From assembly GCA_050177075.1 (NCBI GenBank), contig JBFXHL010000002.1, positions 808 to 64,807 on the forward strand: a stretch of 64,000 nucleotides of DNA, written 5' to 3'. The stretch is from Sulfuricellaceae bacterium (GTDB lineage: Bacteria > Pseudomonadota > Gammaproteobacteria > Burkholderiales > UBA9220). This document shows positions 47,011 to 56,365 of this stretch, one piece after another. A model generated the notes under the pieces. The model searched no databases and had not been told where the DNA came from. It saw nothing but the letters and a program-made list of their open reading frames with translations. Numbering within the stretch: the first letter of the stretch is position 1; each line of letters starts with the position of its first letter. The position numbers were made by a program, and so were the translations under genes.

Positions 47011-47682
47011 ATGAGCTTGAGCGTAACGAGTTCCATCGTCTCGGATGCGACGAACACCAAGAGTGCGGCGACGCCCTCGTCCGCGAACAACGTGGCCGAT
47101 GCGCAGGACCGCTTTCTCAAGCTACTGGTGGCTCAGATGCAGAACCAGGATCCGCTGAACCCCATGGACAACGCCCAGGTGACTACTCAGATGGCGCAGA
47201 TTCAGACGGTGAGCGGCATCGAGAAATTGAACCAGACGTTGCAGTCCTTGAGCGCTTCCTATGCCGCCACCCAGACCATGCAGTCGGCTTCCATGATCGG
47301 CCATGGCGTGCTCACCGACGGCAACCTGCTGACCCTGAAGGGCGGCACCGCCGTGGCGGGCGTCGATCTGAGCGCCGCGGCCGACCAGGTGGAGGTCGAC
47401 GTGTATGACCAGTACGGTACCCTGGTGAATACCAACAAGCTCGGCAGTCGGGATGCGGGCAGTTTCGCCTTCCAGTGGGACGGCAAGGACGACAACGGCA
47501 ACGTCCTGCCCGACGGCAATTACAGCTTTACCGTGAAGGCGACCAAGGGGACGGACAAGGTGGACGCGACGGCTCTGGCTCTGGGGTTGGTCAATAGCGT
47601 GCGGCTGACGTCCACGGGTTCGTTATTGAACGTGCAGGGCCTTGGCGAAGTGGATATGGCCAAGGTGCGGCAGATTTTCTGA
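47011..47682 (+). CDS. flgD: Flagellar hook assembly / capping protein FlgD
   Basis: 223 aa: FLKLLVAQMQNQDPLNPMDN...WDGKDDNGNVLPDGNYSF. Confidence 0.93.
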   Translation: MSLSVTSSIVSDATNTKSAATPSSANNVADAQDRFLKLLVAQMQNQDPLNPMDNAQVTTQMAQIQTVSGIEKLNQTLQSLSASYAATQTMQSASMIGHGVLTDGNLLTLKGGTAVAGVDLSAAADQVEVDVYDQYGTLVNTNKLGSRDAGSFAFQWDGKDDNGNVLPDGNYSFTVKATKGTDKVDATALALGLVNSVRLTSTGSLLNVQGLGEVDMAKVRQIF

Positions 47683-47695
47683 TTAGGAGGCGGTC

Positions 47696-49114
47696 ATGTC
47701 TTTCCAGCAAGGTTTGAGTGGTCTCAACACTTCGTCCAAGAACCTGGACGTCATCGGCAACAACGTGGCCAACGCCCAGACGGTGGGCTTCAAGGGCTCC
47801 CAGGCCCAGTTTGCCGACGTCTACGCAGCCTCCCTGACGGGGGCCGCCGGCACCCAGATCGGTCTCGGCGCCAAGTTGGCGACGGTGGCCCAGTATTTTA
47901 CCCAGGGCAACATCTCGGTCTCCAACAACCCCCTGGACATGGCCATCAACGGCAAAGGCTTCTTCCGCATGAGCGAGAACGGGGCCATCTCCTATACCCG
48001 CAACGGCCAGTTCCAGACCGACAAGCAGGGCTACATCGTGGATAGCGGCGGCCGTCACCTGACGGGCTATGGCGTGACCACCATTCCCGACCCCAACAAC
48101 GCCACCGCCACCATCGACGTGCCGGACACCGGTTCTCCCATCGACTTGCGCATCGACCCCAATGCCCAGAGCAACCCGAAGCAGAGCGCCAACAGCGTGC
48201 TGACCTTCAACCTGGATTCCCGCCTGTCGCCGCCGACCCTGGGCTTCGTTCCCACCTCGGCGACGCCGGCGCCCCAGACATACAACAGCGCCACCTCCAT
48301 CCAGGTGTATGATTCCCTCGGCAACGCCCACAGCCTGACCTCCTATTTCGTCAAACTGAACTCCATCGGCGGCGTGGCGACCCCCAACGCCTGGGCGGTG
48401 TTCATGTCCCTGGACGGGGCGCCGATCAACAACGGCGTCAATAATACCGTGGATATTGGAGACAGTGCCGGGGGCAACCTCGGTCAACCGGTGGTGATGC
48501 AGTTCAATACCAGCGGCACCCTGGCTAGTTACACGGTTGGCGGTACCTATACCGGCGGAACCCAGGACGTCACCGGCGGCGCTTCCATCGCCGTCAACCC
48601 TCCTCCCACCGTCCGTCTGTACCTGGACCGGGTGGCGACTGCCCTCGGCAAGACCAACGGCGCCACCACCCCGGTGGACATCAGCTTCGACATGAAGAAT
48701 TCCACCCAGTTCGGCGCCGATTTCGCCGTCAGCGTGGCTACCCAGGACGGCTATGCCTCCGGCAAGCTGTCCGGCTTCAGCATCTCCCCCAACGGCGGCG
48801 TGCTGGCCCGCTATACCAACGGCCAGACCACTACCCTGGGTTACGTGCGCCTGACCAACTTCCCCAATCCCCAGGGTCTGCTGCCCATGGGCAACAACCA
48901 GTGGATCGAAACCTCCGCCTCCGGTCAGCCGGTGGAAGGCACGCCTGGCGTGGGCTCCTTCGGGGTCACCCAGTCGGGGGCGGTGGAGGATTCCAACGTG
49001 GACCTGACCCAGGAGTTGGTGAACATGATCACCGCCCAACGCGTGTATCAGGCCAACGCTCAGACCATCAAGACCCAGGACCAGGTGCTGAACACCCTGG
49101 TGAACCTGCGCTAA
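47696..49114 (+). CDS. flgE: Flagellar hook protein FlgE
   Basis: 472 aa: MSFQQGLSGLNTSSKNLDVIGNNVANAQTVGFK ... SNVDLTQELVNMITAQRVYQANAQTIKTQDQVLNTLVNLR. Confidence 0.95.
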   Translation: MSFQQGLSGLNTSSKNLDVIGNNVANAQTVGFKGSQAQFADVYAASLTGAAGTQIGLGAKLATVAQYFTQGNISVSNNPLDMAINGKGFFRMSENGAISYTRNGQFQTDKQGYIVDSGGRHLTGYGVTTIPDPNNATATIDVPDTGSPIDLRIDPNAQSNPKQSANSVLTFNLDSRLSPPTLGFVPTSATPAPQTYNSATSIQVYDSLGNAHSLTSYFVKLNSIGGVATPNAWAVFMSLDGAPINNGVNNTVDIGDSAGGNLGQPVVMQFNTSGTLASYTVGGTYTGGTQDVTGGASIAVNPPPTVRLYLDRVATALGKTNGATTPVDISFDMKNSTQFGADFAVSVATQDGYASGKLSGFSISPNGGVLARYTNGQTTTLGYVRLTNFPNPQGLLPMGNNQWIETSASGQPVEGTPGVGSFGVTQSGAVEDSNVDLTQELVNMITAQRVYQANAQTIKTQDQVLNTLVNLR

Positions 49115-49136
49115 TCGCGGCTCGGGAGGCTGAAGC

Positions 49137-49880
49137 GTGGACAAGATGATTTATATCGCCATGACGGGGGCCAAGCACGCCATGTATCAGCAGGCGGCGA
49201 CGGCCCACAACCTGGCGAATGCCTCCACCACCGGCTTCCGCGCCGAACTCAACGCCTTCCGCGCTTTGCCGGTTTACGGCGACGGCATGCCGACCCGGGT
49301 GTTCGTCGCCGACTCCACCGTCGGCGCCGACTTTACCCCGGGCGTACTTCAGGATACCGGCCGGGATTTGGACGTGGCGGTGGAGGGCAAGGGCTGGCTC
49401 GCGGTGCAGATGCCCGACGGCACCGAGGCCTATACCCGCGACGGCAGCTTGCAGATGAGCCCCAACGGCCTGCTGCAGACTCGTCACGGCCTCAATATCA
49501 TGGGCGATGCGGGCCCCATCGCCATTCCGCCCAACGTCGTCGTCAGCGTCGGCAAGGACGGCACCGTGTCCACCGTGCCGACGGACCAGACGCCCAATAC
49601 CGTTGCGGTGCTGGGTCGCATCAAGCTGGTCAACCCCCCCGAAGAAAACCTGGTGAAGAGCGGCGACGGCCTGTTCCGCCTCAAGGACGGCAACCCCGCC
49701 CCCGCCGACGTCAACGTCAAGCTGACGTCCGGCGCCCTGGAGGGGAGCAACGTCAACGTGGTGGATTCCCTGGTCAGCATGATCGACCAGGCCCGCGCCT
49801 TCGAAATGAACATGCGCCTGCTGCGCACCGCCGACGAGGATTCCCAGCAGGCCAGCCGCATCATGAACCTGAATGCTTAA
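49137..49880 (+). CDS. flgF: Flagellar basal-body rod protein FlgF
   Basis: 247 aa with a GTG start behind the RBS GGGAGG: MDKMIYIAMTGAKHAMYQQAATAHNLANASTTGFR ... SNVNVVDSLVSMIDQARAFE. Confidence 0.93.
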   Translation: MDKMIYIAMTGAKHAMYQQAATAHNLANASTTGFRAELNAFRALPVYGDGMPTRVFVADSTVGADFTPGVLQDTGRDLDVAVEGKGWLAVQMPDGTEAYTRDGSLQMSPNGLLQTRHGLNIMGDAGPIAIPPNVVVSVGKDGTVSTVPTDQTPNTVAVLGRIKLVNPPEENLVKSGDGLFRLKDGNPAPADVNVKLTSGALEGSNVNVVDSLVSMIDQARAFEMNMRLLRTADEDSQQASRIMNLNA

Positions 49881-49893
49881 TGCTGAGTGGAGA

Positions 49894-49925
49894 GCCGAGA
49901 GCGGCCTTCACTCTCCGCTCTCGGC
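49894..49925 (+). other. GC-rich hairpin in the 70-nt flgF-flgG spacer
   Basis: GCCGAGAGCGG (49894-49904) pairs with CCGCTCTCGGC (49915-49925), with a 10-nt loop and no U-tract. Possible mRNA stability or processing element. Confidence 0.3.
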
Positions 49926-49950
49926 GCTAAACTCTCGACTGGAGTAACAA

Positions 49951-50736
49951 ATGATTCGCTCTCTCTGGATCGCCAAGACCGGCCTGGATGCCCAGCAGAC
50001 CAATATCGACGTGATTTCCAACAACCTGGCCAACGTCAGCACCAACGGTTTCAAGCGGACCCGGGCGGTCTTCGAGGACCTGCTGTACCAGACCATGCGC
50101 CAGCCGGGCGCCCAGTCCTCCCAGCAAACCCAGCTCCCCTCCGGTTTTCAGCTCGGCACCGGTGTCCGCCCCGTGGCGGCGGAGCGCATCCATACCCAGG
50201 GCAACCTGCAGCAGACGGGCAATGCCCTCGACGTGGCCATCAACGGCCGTGGCTTCTTTCAAATCCTGATGCCGGACGGTTCCACGGCCTACACGCGGGA
50301 CGGTTCGTTCCAGATGGACAACCAGGGGCAGGTGGTGACCTCCAGCGGCTACCAGGTGCAGCCGGCCTTGACCATTCCCGCCGACGCCCTGTCCGTTACC
50401 ATCGCCAAGGACGGCACGGTGTCGGTCACCCAGCCCGGCAACCCGCCCCAGACCACCCAGATCGGCAATATCCAGCTGGTGAACTTCGTCAACCCGGCCG
50501 GTTTGCAGAGCATGGGGGAGAACCTCTACGTGGAGACGGCCTCCTCCGGCGCTCCCCAGCCCAACACTCCCGGCACCAATGGCCTGGGCGTGCTCAACCA
50601 GGGGTATGTGGAAACCTCCAACGTCAACGTGGCGGAGGAGCTGGTGAACATGATTCAGGCGCAACGGGCCTACGAACTCAATTCCAAGGCGATTACCGTT
50701 TCCGACCAGATGCTCCAGCGGCTGACGCAGCTCTAA
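49951..50736 (+). CDS. flgG: Flagellar basal-body distal rod protein FlgG
   Basis: 261 aa: [36 protein letters not shown] ... [26 protein letters not shown]. Confidence 0.96.
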   Translation: MIRSLWIAKTGLDAQQTNIDVISNNLANVSTNGFKRTRAVFEDLLYQTMRQPGAQSSQQTQLPSGFQLGTGVRPVAAERIHTQGNLQQTGNALDVAINGRGFFQILMPDGSTAYTRDGSFQMDNQGQVVTSSGYQVQPALTIPADALSVTIAKDGTVSVTQPGNPPQTTQIGNIQLVNFVNPAGLQSMGENLYVETASSGAPQPNTPGTNGLGVLNQGYVETSNVNVAEELVNMIQAQRAYELNSKAITVSDQMLQRLTQL

Positions 50737-50752
50737 GGCGGTCAGCGAGTTA

Positions 50753-51020
50753 GAGCCTATTTCAGTAGGTTTCGTGCCCCGCGTTGTGGCCAGAAAGCGA
50801 TGGATGCGCGAAGCAGGGCGAAGCCAATGGTCATTCCATTGGCGAGCCGTGCGACAAAGCAGACGCGCTTTCTGGCCACAACCCGAAGGGCCATAACCAA
50901 TTGGGGCACATTGCGTCGTTACTCGCCACTTGTTTGGAATGACCAAACGGCGCAGCTCGCGCCTAGCACTGTACCCCAATTGGTTATGGCGCGGGGCACG
51001 AAACCTACTGAAATAGGCTC
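50753..51020. mobile_element. 268-bp non-coding MITE-like element with 31-bp perfect terminal inverted repeats and a flanking TTA direct repeat
   Basis: Left end GAGCCTATTTCAGTAGGTTTCGTGCCCCGCG (50753-50783) is the exact reverse complement of the right end (50990-51020). TTA flanks both sides (50750-50752 and 51021-51023). Two internal perfect 17-bp stems are present. No credible ORF. Confidence 0.65.
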
Positions 51021-51036
51021 TTAAGGGTTCGGCCCT

Positions 51037-51055
51037 GGCGGCAAAAATTGCCGCC
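51037..51055. repeat. Palindrome GGCGGCAA-AAA-TTGCCGCC
   Basis: Perfect 8-bp stem, 16 nt downstream of the MITE-like element. Same family as 46017 and 53995. Confidence 0.5.
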
Positions 51056-51129
51056 GGGGCGTTGCCGTTGGCGTCGGTTGTTCGTCTGGGGGCGGCCAGA
51101 GGCAAGGGTTTTCGTGCATTTCTCTAACG

Positions 51130-51145
51130 TGGCACATGAATTGCT
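51130..51145 (+). promoter_or_regulatory. Candidate sigma-54 promoter upstream of flgH
   Basis: TGGCACatgaaTTGCT, a full match to the -24/-12 consensus TGGCAC-N5-TTGCW, 38 nt upstream of the flgH ATG. Confidence 0.65.
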
Positions 51146-51182
51146 TCTTTGGCAGGCAAATGCAAGTCAAGGAGGTTTCAAG

Positions 51183-51875
51183 ATGTTGCGCAATGCCCTC
51201 GGATTCGGATTGTTGGCCCTGTCGCTGGCCGGCTGCGCCACCCCCCCGTCCACCAACGTGTACCAGCCCATGTCGGCGCGTCCCGCGCCGCAGCCCCAGG
51301 CGCAAGGTGGGAATGGCGCCATCTATCAGGCTGGGGCCAGCCGCATGAACCTGTTCGAGGACCGGCGCGCACGCTACGTGGGGGATACCCTGACCGTGGT
51401 GATCAACGAGAAGAACAGCGTCAGCTCCAAAACCAACAAGACCGACAGCCACAGCAGCAGCAACACCTACAAGCTCGACCCGCGCATTTTCGGCGGCGGC
51501 ACGTCGAGCACGACGGGCGGCACGACCACCGTCAGCAACACCCTTCTCGACGCCTCCGCCGCCAATTCGGCCCAGGACAAGAACCAGAACGACAATTCGG
51601 GCACCTTCACCGGCACCATCACTGTCACGGTGGTGGAGGTACTACCCAACGGCAATCTGATCGTCAGCGGCGAGAAGCAGATCGCCGTGGACCACAAGAC
51701 CGAGTATCTGCGCCTGTCCGGCGTCGTGAACCCGACTTACATTACCGGCGCCAATACGGTGAGCTCGACCCAGATCGCCGACGCGCGGGTCGAGTACAAG
51801 GGTGGCGAAAGCCTCGACAAGGCCCAGCTGATGAGCTTTCTTACTCGCTTCTTCCTGACGGTGATGCCGTTCTGA
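51183..51875 (+). CDS. flgH: Flagellar L-ring lipoprotein FlgH
   Basis: Start at the ATG at 51183 behind the RBS AAGGAGG. Lipobox [26 protein letters not shown] ... [18 protein letters not shown] ... RLSGVVNP. Confidence 0.93.
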   Translation: MLRNALGFGLLALSLAGCATPPSTNVYQPMSARPAPQPQAQGGNGAIYQAGASRMNLFEDRRARYVGDTLTVVINEKNSVSSKTNKTDSHSSSNTYKLDPRIFGGGTSSTTGGTTTVSNTLLDASAANSAQDKNQNDNSGTFTGTITVTVVEVLPNGNLIVSGEKQIAVDHKTEYLRLSGVVNPTYITGANTVSSTQIADARVEYKGGESLDKAQLMSFLTRFFLTVMPF

Positions 51876-51892
51876 TGGCGAAAGGGCGGACC

Positions 51893-52999
51893 ATGAACAG
51901 ATTCCTGCGGCAATTCGTTATCGTCCTGGCGGCGGCCTGCTTCGCGACGGGCGCGCGGGCGGAACGGATCAAGGACCTGGCCTCGGTGCAGGGGGTCCGC
52001 GCCAACCAGTTGGTGGGCTACGGCCTGGTGGTGGGCCTGGACGGCACTGGCGACCAGACCACCCAGACGCCTTTCACGGTGCAGAGCATCATCAGCATGA
52101 TGAACCAGCTCGGCATCGTCATTCCTCCCGGCACCAACCTGCAGCTGAAAAACGTGGCGGCGGTGATGGTGACCGCGACCCTGCCGGCCTATGCCCGGCC
52201 CGGCCAGGAGATCGACGTCACCGTGTCCTCCATGGGCAACGCCAAATCCCTGCGGGGCGGCACCCTGCTGATGACCCCCTTGAAGGGCGCCGACAACCAG
52301 GTTTACGCCATCGCCCAGGGCAACGTGGTGATCGGCGGCGCCGGCGCGGCGGCGGGCGGGGCCAGCACCCAGGTCAACCAGCTGTCCTCCGGTCGCATCG
52401 CCGCCGGGGCGACGGTGGAGCGGGGGGTGAACACGCCCCTGGGGCAGGGGGAGTTCGTCAACCTGGAGCTGCACGACACCGACTTCACCACCGCCAACCG
52501 CGTTTCCCAGGCCATCAATCTGGCCTACGGCAGCGGCACCGCCCGCGCCCTGGACGGGCGCCTGATCCAGGTGGCCGCTCCCCGGGACAACAACCAGCGG
52601 GTGGCCTTCCTATCCCGCATCGAAAACCTGCACGTGGAGCCCGGGGAGACGGCGGCCAAGGTGATTCTCAACGCCCGCACCGGTTCCATCGTCATGAACC
52701 AGACCGTGACGGTGGAGCCCTGCGCCGTGGCCCATGGCAACCTGTCGGTGACCATCAGCGCCGAGCCGGTGGTGAGCCAGCCCGGAGCGCTGTCGCCGGG
52801 GCGGACGGTGGCGCTGCAACGGTCCCAGATCGAGATCAAGGCCGACAAGGGGCAATTGGTTTCCGTGCCGCAAAGCGTCTCCCTGAGCGACGTGGTGAAG
52901 GCCCTCAACTCCGTCGGGGCCACGGCCCAGGACCTGCTCTCCATCCTTCAGGCCATGAAGGCGGCCGGCGCTCTGCGCGCCGAGCTGGAAGTGATATGA
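51893..52999 (+). CDS. flgI: Flagellar P-ring protein FlgI
   Basis: Start at the ATG at 51893 (alternative in-frame ATG at 51875). Signal peptide ...[37 protein letters not shown]. Confidence 0.93.
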   Translation: MNRFLRQFVIVLAAACFATGARAERIKDLASVQGVRANQLVGYGLVVGLDGTGDQTTQTPFTVQSIISMMNQLGIVIPPGTNLQLKNVAAVMVTATLPAYARPGQEIDVTVSSMGNAKSLRGGTLLMTPLKGADNQVYAIAQGNVVIGGAGAAAGGASTQVNQLSSGRIAAGATVERGVNTPLGQGEFVNLELHDTDFTTANRVSQAINLAYGSGTARALDGRLIQVAAPRDNNQRVAFLSRIENLHVEPGETAAKVILNARTGSIVMNQTVTVEPCAVAHGNLSVTISAEPVVSQPGALSPGRTVALQRSQIEIKADKGQLVSVPQSVSLSDVVKALNSVGATAQDLLSILQAMKAAGALRAELEVI

Positions 53000-53029
53000 T
53001 GGGCCGGGTCTGACCACGCTGCTTCGCTG

Positions 53030-53977
53030 ATGTCGGCTCCGTATAGCGCCATGAACTCCAACATCGATCTTACCGCCCGGTTGGCTCTGGATGTCCAGAG
53101 CGTGGACAGTCTGCGCCTGCAGGCCAAGCGGGACCCCCAGGCGGCGGTCAAGTCGGCGGCCAAGCAGTTCGAGGCCATGTTCTTGAATATCCTCTTCAAG
53201 AGCATGCGCGACGCCACGCCCCAGGACTCCCTATTCGACAGCAGCCAGAGCCGCATGTTCACCCAGATGCTGGACCAGCAGATGGCGCAGAAAATCTCCA
53301 CCACCGGCAAGGGAATAGGGCTGGCCGAGGCGCTGACGCAGCAGCTGATGCGCGCCTATAAGAACAGCACGCCCCCCAGCGCCCAGGGGGACGGCAAGGA
53401 GGCCCAGGCCTATCCTCTCAAGACGGAGGCGGCCCCGATTCCTCTGACTCAAGGCTTGCCGGCTTCGGGCCTGCCGCTTTCCTCTTCCGCTTCATCCGGC
53501 GCCGACGGGCGCAAGGAGTTCGTCGGCCGTCTCTGGCCCCACGCGGTGGAGGCGGGCCAATCCCTCGGCGTGCCGCCCCACTTCCTGATCGCTCAGGCGG
53601 CCCTGGAAAGCGGCTGGGGCAAGGGGGAGATCCGCGGCGCGGACGGCAAGCCCAGCTACAACCTGTTTGGCATCAAGGCTGGGGCCGGGTGGAAGGGGGA
53701 AGTGGTCCACGCCGCCACCACCGAGTATGTCAACGGCCAGGCCCAGGCAACGACGGAACCCTTCCGCGCCTATGCCTCCTATGCCGATGCCTTCCGCGAT
53801 TACGCCGGCCTGCTGGCCAACAATCCGCGCTATGCTTCCGTGCTGCGGAACTCCTCCGATGCCAACGCCTTCGCCCAGGAATTACAGCGGGCGGGGTACG
53901 CCACCGACCCCATGTACGCCTCCAAGCTGTCCCGCATCATGGCCAGCAGCGCCTTCCGGGAAGCTCTCGCCGGTTGA
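53030..53977 (+). CDS. flgJ: Flagellar rod-assembly protein / peptidoglycan hydrolase FlgJ
   Basis: 315 aa. N-terminal rod-binding domain (AAKQFEAMFLNILFKSMRDA) and a C-terminal glucosaminidase domain (LIAQAALESGWGK...YNLFGIK...YATDPMYASKL). Confidence 0.9.
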   Translation: MSAPYSAMNSNIDLTARLALDVQSVDSLRLQAKRDPQAAVKSAAKQFEAMFLNILFKSMRDATPQDSLFDSSQSRMFTQMLDQQMAQKISTTGKGIGLAEALTQQLMRAYKNSTPPSAQGDGKEAQAYPLKTEAAPIPLTQGLPASGLPLSSSASSGADGRKEFVGRLWPHAVEAGQSLGVPPHFLIAQAALESGWGKGEIRGADGKPSYNLFGIKAGAGWKGEVVHAATTEYVNGQAQATTEPFRAYASYADAFRDYAGLLANNPRYASVLRNSSDANAFAQELQRAGYATDPMYASKLSRIMASSAFREALAG

Positions 53978-53994
53978 GCGGGCGGTTTGCCGGC

Positions 53995-54013
53995 GGCGGC
54001 AATATTTGCCGTT
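53995..54013. repeat. Imperfect palindrome GGCGGCAA-TAT-TTGCCGTT after flgJ
   Basis: Same GGCGGCAA-N3-TTGCCGCC family, with a 2-nt mismatch in the right arm. Confidence 0.4.
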
Positions 54014-54065
54014 CCCTTGTTCTCTGAAATCCGCTAAACCCCGGCCTGGCAAGGCTTCCGTCGAT

Positions 54066-54081
54066 TGGCACGTTTTGTGCT
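54066..54081 (+). promoter_or_regulatory. Candidate sigma-54 promoter upstream of flgK
   Basis: TGGCACGttttGTGCT with correct GG/GC spacing, about 110 nt upstream of the flgK ATG. Confidence 0.5.
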
Positions 54082-54112
54082 GAAGTCAGGGCAAGCGTTA
54101 TGGAATGTCGGC

Positions 54113-54139
54113 TCAAGAATTACTGATTCGGGCCGAAAA
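54113..54139 (+). promoter_or_regulatory. Candidate sigma-28 (FliA) promoter upstream of flgK
   Basis: TCAA-N15-GCCGAAAA against the consensus TAAA/TCAA-N15-GCCGATAA, about 53 nt upstream of the ATG. Confidence 0.4.
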
Positions 54140-54191
54140 ATACTGAACGTTCCGACATGAATTGAACGGTCGGGGCGCGGGAGAAAGAGAT

Positions 54192-56354
54192 ATGGGAAGC
54201 ATCTACGGAACCGGCGTCAGCGCCTTGCTGGCTTCGCAGGCGGGAATTCTGACGACCCAGCACAACATCGCCAACGTCAACACGGATGGGTATCACCGCC
54301 AGCAGACCATCCAGGTGACCAACGTGCCCCAGTTCACCGGCGCCGGTTTTATCGGCAATGGCGTGAGCGTGGATACCGTGAAGCGCATCTACAACCAGTA
54401 CCTGGACGCTCAGGTGCTGAATGCCGATGCCCAGCAGAATCAGCTGCAGGCCTATTACGACCAGATCAGCCAGATCGACAACATGCTGGCGGACCAGACC
54501 TCGGGCCTGACCCCTGCTCTGAGTTCCTTTTTTCAGGGCGTCGGCGACGTGGCGGCCAACCCCAGCTCGATCCCGGCCCGCCAGTCCATGATTGGCACCG
54601 CCCAGGCGATGGTGTCGCGGATTCACGCCCTCGACAGCCGTTTGCGCGACATCCGCAACGGCATCAATACCCAGCTCACCAGCCTCACCCAGCAGATCAA
54701 CTCCTATTCCACCCAGATCGCCAGCCTGAACAAGCAGATCGCAGTCGCCGAAAGTTCCGCGGGAACGGACCAGGCCAACGATCTGCACGATCAACGCGAT
54801 CAGTTGGTGGCGAACCTGAACAAGCTGGTGAAAGCCAACGTCGTGGTGCAGAGCGACGGCAGCTACAACGTCTTCATCGGCAACGGTCAGGCGTTGGTGG
54901 TGGGGCAGAGCACCTACCAACTTGCCGCCCGGCAGTCCTTGGACGACCAGGAGCAGCTCGACCTGTTCTACCAGACCAGCCCGGGGACCAACAACTACGT
55001 GGCGATCAAGTCCGATTTGCTGACCGGCGGCCAACTGGGCGGCCTGCTGAAGTTCCGCAGCGAAAGCCTGGATGCCGCCCAGAACGCCCTGGGTCGGGTT
55101 GCCATCGCCATCGCCCAGACCTTCAACGACCAGCACCGCTTGGGGACGGACCTCAACGGTCTGGCTGGCGGAGATTTCTTCACCGTGGGCCAGCCCTCGG
55201 TGCTGCCCAACACCCAGAACACCGGGACGGGGGCGGTGTCGGTGAGCATCGATGACGTCGGCGCGCTGACAACCAGCGACTACAGCCTCTCTTATCTCGG
55301 CGGCAACAACTACAGCCTGATTCGCCTCTCCGACAACACCACCACCAATTTCACCAGCGCGGTGCCGGCGACGAAGACGGTGGACGGCATAACCATCAAG
55401 ATTACCGCGGTGCCCAACGCCAACGACAGCTTCCTCATCCGCCCCACCCGCAACGGGTCGCGGGACATGGACGTGGCCATCAGCGATACCAGCCGGATTG
55501 CCGCCGCCGCGCCGATGCGGACCAACGCCACTTCCACCAATACGGGAACCGGCGCGATTTCGCTTGGGTCCGTGGTGCCGCCGGTGGGCAATGTCACCAT
55601 TACCTTCAACGGGGCGGCCAACGCCTTCGACGTGGTGGACAACACCACCGGCGCCACTATTGCCGCTGCCGTCCCGTACACTGGCGCCAACCAGGTTATC
55701 CAGTACCCGGCGGGCACCGGCTGGCCGATCAACGTGTCCGCCCCCGCAGGCGGCACCGTGATCAACGTCAACAAGACCGTAACCAGCGTCACGTCCGGCA
55801 GCGCGACCGTCAGCCCGACGGTGGACAACAACGTGACGGTGACGTTTACCGATGCCACCCACTACAACGTGGTGGACGCCAACGGCAACAACCTGGCGCT
55901 GAACGTGGTGTACAGTCCCGCCACCGGCGCCACCCTGACCTATAATGGCTGGACGGCCGACTTGTCCGGCGCGCCGGCCGCCGGCGACACCTTCACCATC
56001 GCGCCCAACGTCAACGGCACGATGGACAACCGCAACGCCCTGGCCTTGGCGGCCCTGCAAACCAAGAGCACGATGGTGAACAACGCTTCGGGGACGCCCA
56101 CCACCTCCTATGTCGGCGCTTACAGCCAGATGGTGAGCGACGTGGGCAACAAGACGAAGGAACTCGATATCACCAACAAGGCGCAAAAAGCCTTGGTGGC
56201 CCAAGTGAAGCAATCCCAGCAGTCCCTCTCCGGGGTCAACCTGGACGAGGAAGCGGCGAACCTGATCCGCTATCAGCAGGCCTACCAGGCGGCGGGCAAG
56301 ATGATCCAGGTGGCGACCACCATGTTCGATACGCTGCTCAGCCTGGGCAAGTAA
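54192..56354 (+). CDS. flgK: Flagellar hook-associated protein 1 FlgK
   Basis: Start at the ATG at 54192 behind [48 protein letters not shown] ... VNLDEEAANLIRYQQAYQAAGKMIQ. Confidence 0.9.
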   Translation: MGSIYGTGVSALLASQAGILTTQHNIANVNTDGYHRQQTIQVTNVPQFTGAGFIGNGVSVDTVKRIYNQYLDAQVLNADAQQNQLQAYYDQISQIDNMLADQTSGLTPALSSFFQGVGDVAANPSSIPARQSMIGTAQAMVSRIHALDSRLRDIRNGINTQLTSLTQQINSYSTQIASLNKQIAVAESSAGTDQANDLHDQRDQLVANLNKLVKANVVVQSDGSYNVFIGNGQALVVGQSTYQLAARQSLDDQEQLDLFYQTSPGTNNYVAIKSDLLTGGQLGGLLKFRSESLDAAQNALGRVAIAIAQTFNDQHRLGTDLNGLAGGDFFTVGQPSVLPNTQNTGTGAVSVSIDDVGALTTSDYSLSYLGGNNYSLIRLSDNTTTNFTSAVPATKTVDGITIKITAVPNANDSFLIRPTRNGSRDMDVAISDTSRIAAAAPMRTNATSTNTGTGAISLGSVVPPVGNVTITFNGAANAFDVVDNTTGATIAAAVPYTGANQVIQYPAGTGWPINVSAPAGGTVINVNKTVTSVTSGSATVSPTVDNNVTVTFTDATHYNVVDANGNNLALNVVYSPATGATLTYNGWTADLSGAPAAGDTFTIAPNVNGTMDNRNALALAALQTKSTMVNNASGTPTTSYVGAYSQMVSDVGNKTKELDITNKAQKALVAQVKQSQQSLSGVNLDEEAANLIRYQQAYQAAGKMIQVATTMFDTLLSLGK

Positions 56355-56365
56355 GGAGATAGATC

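Noticed and set aside
50800-51024. 74-aa ORF inside the MITE-like element
   Set aside because: It has no RBS and spans the element's inverted repeats, so the peptide sequence is dictated by stem symmetry. No recognisable fold or motif was seen.
51150-51165. Second sigma-54-like motif TGGCAGgcaaaTGCAA upstream of flgH
   Set aside because: The GG-to-GC spacing is one nucleotide too short. The adjacent motif at 51130 is a full consensus match.
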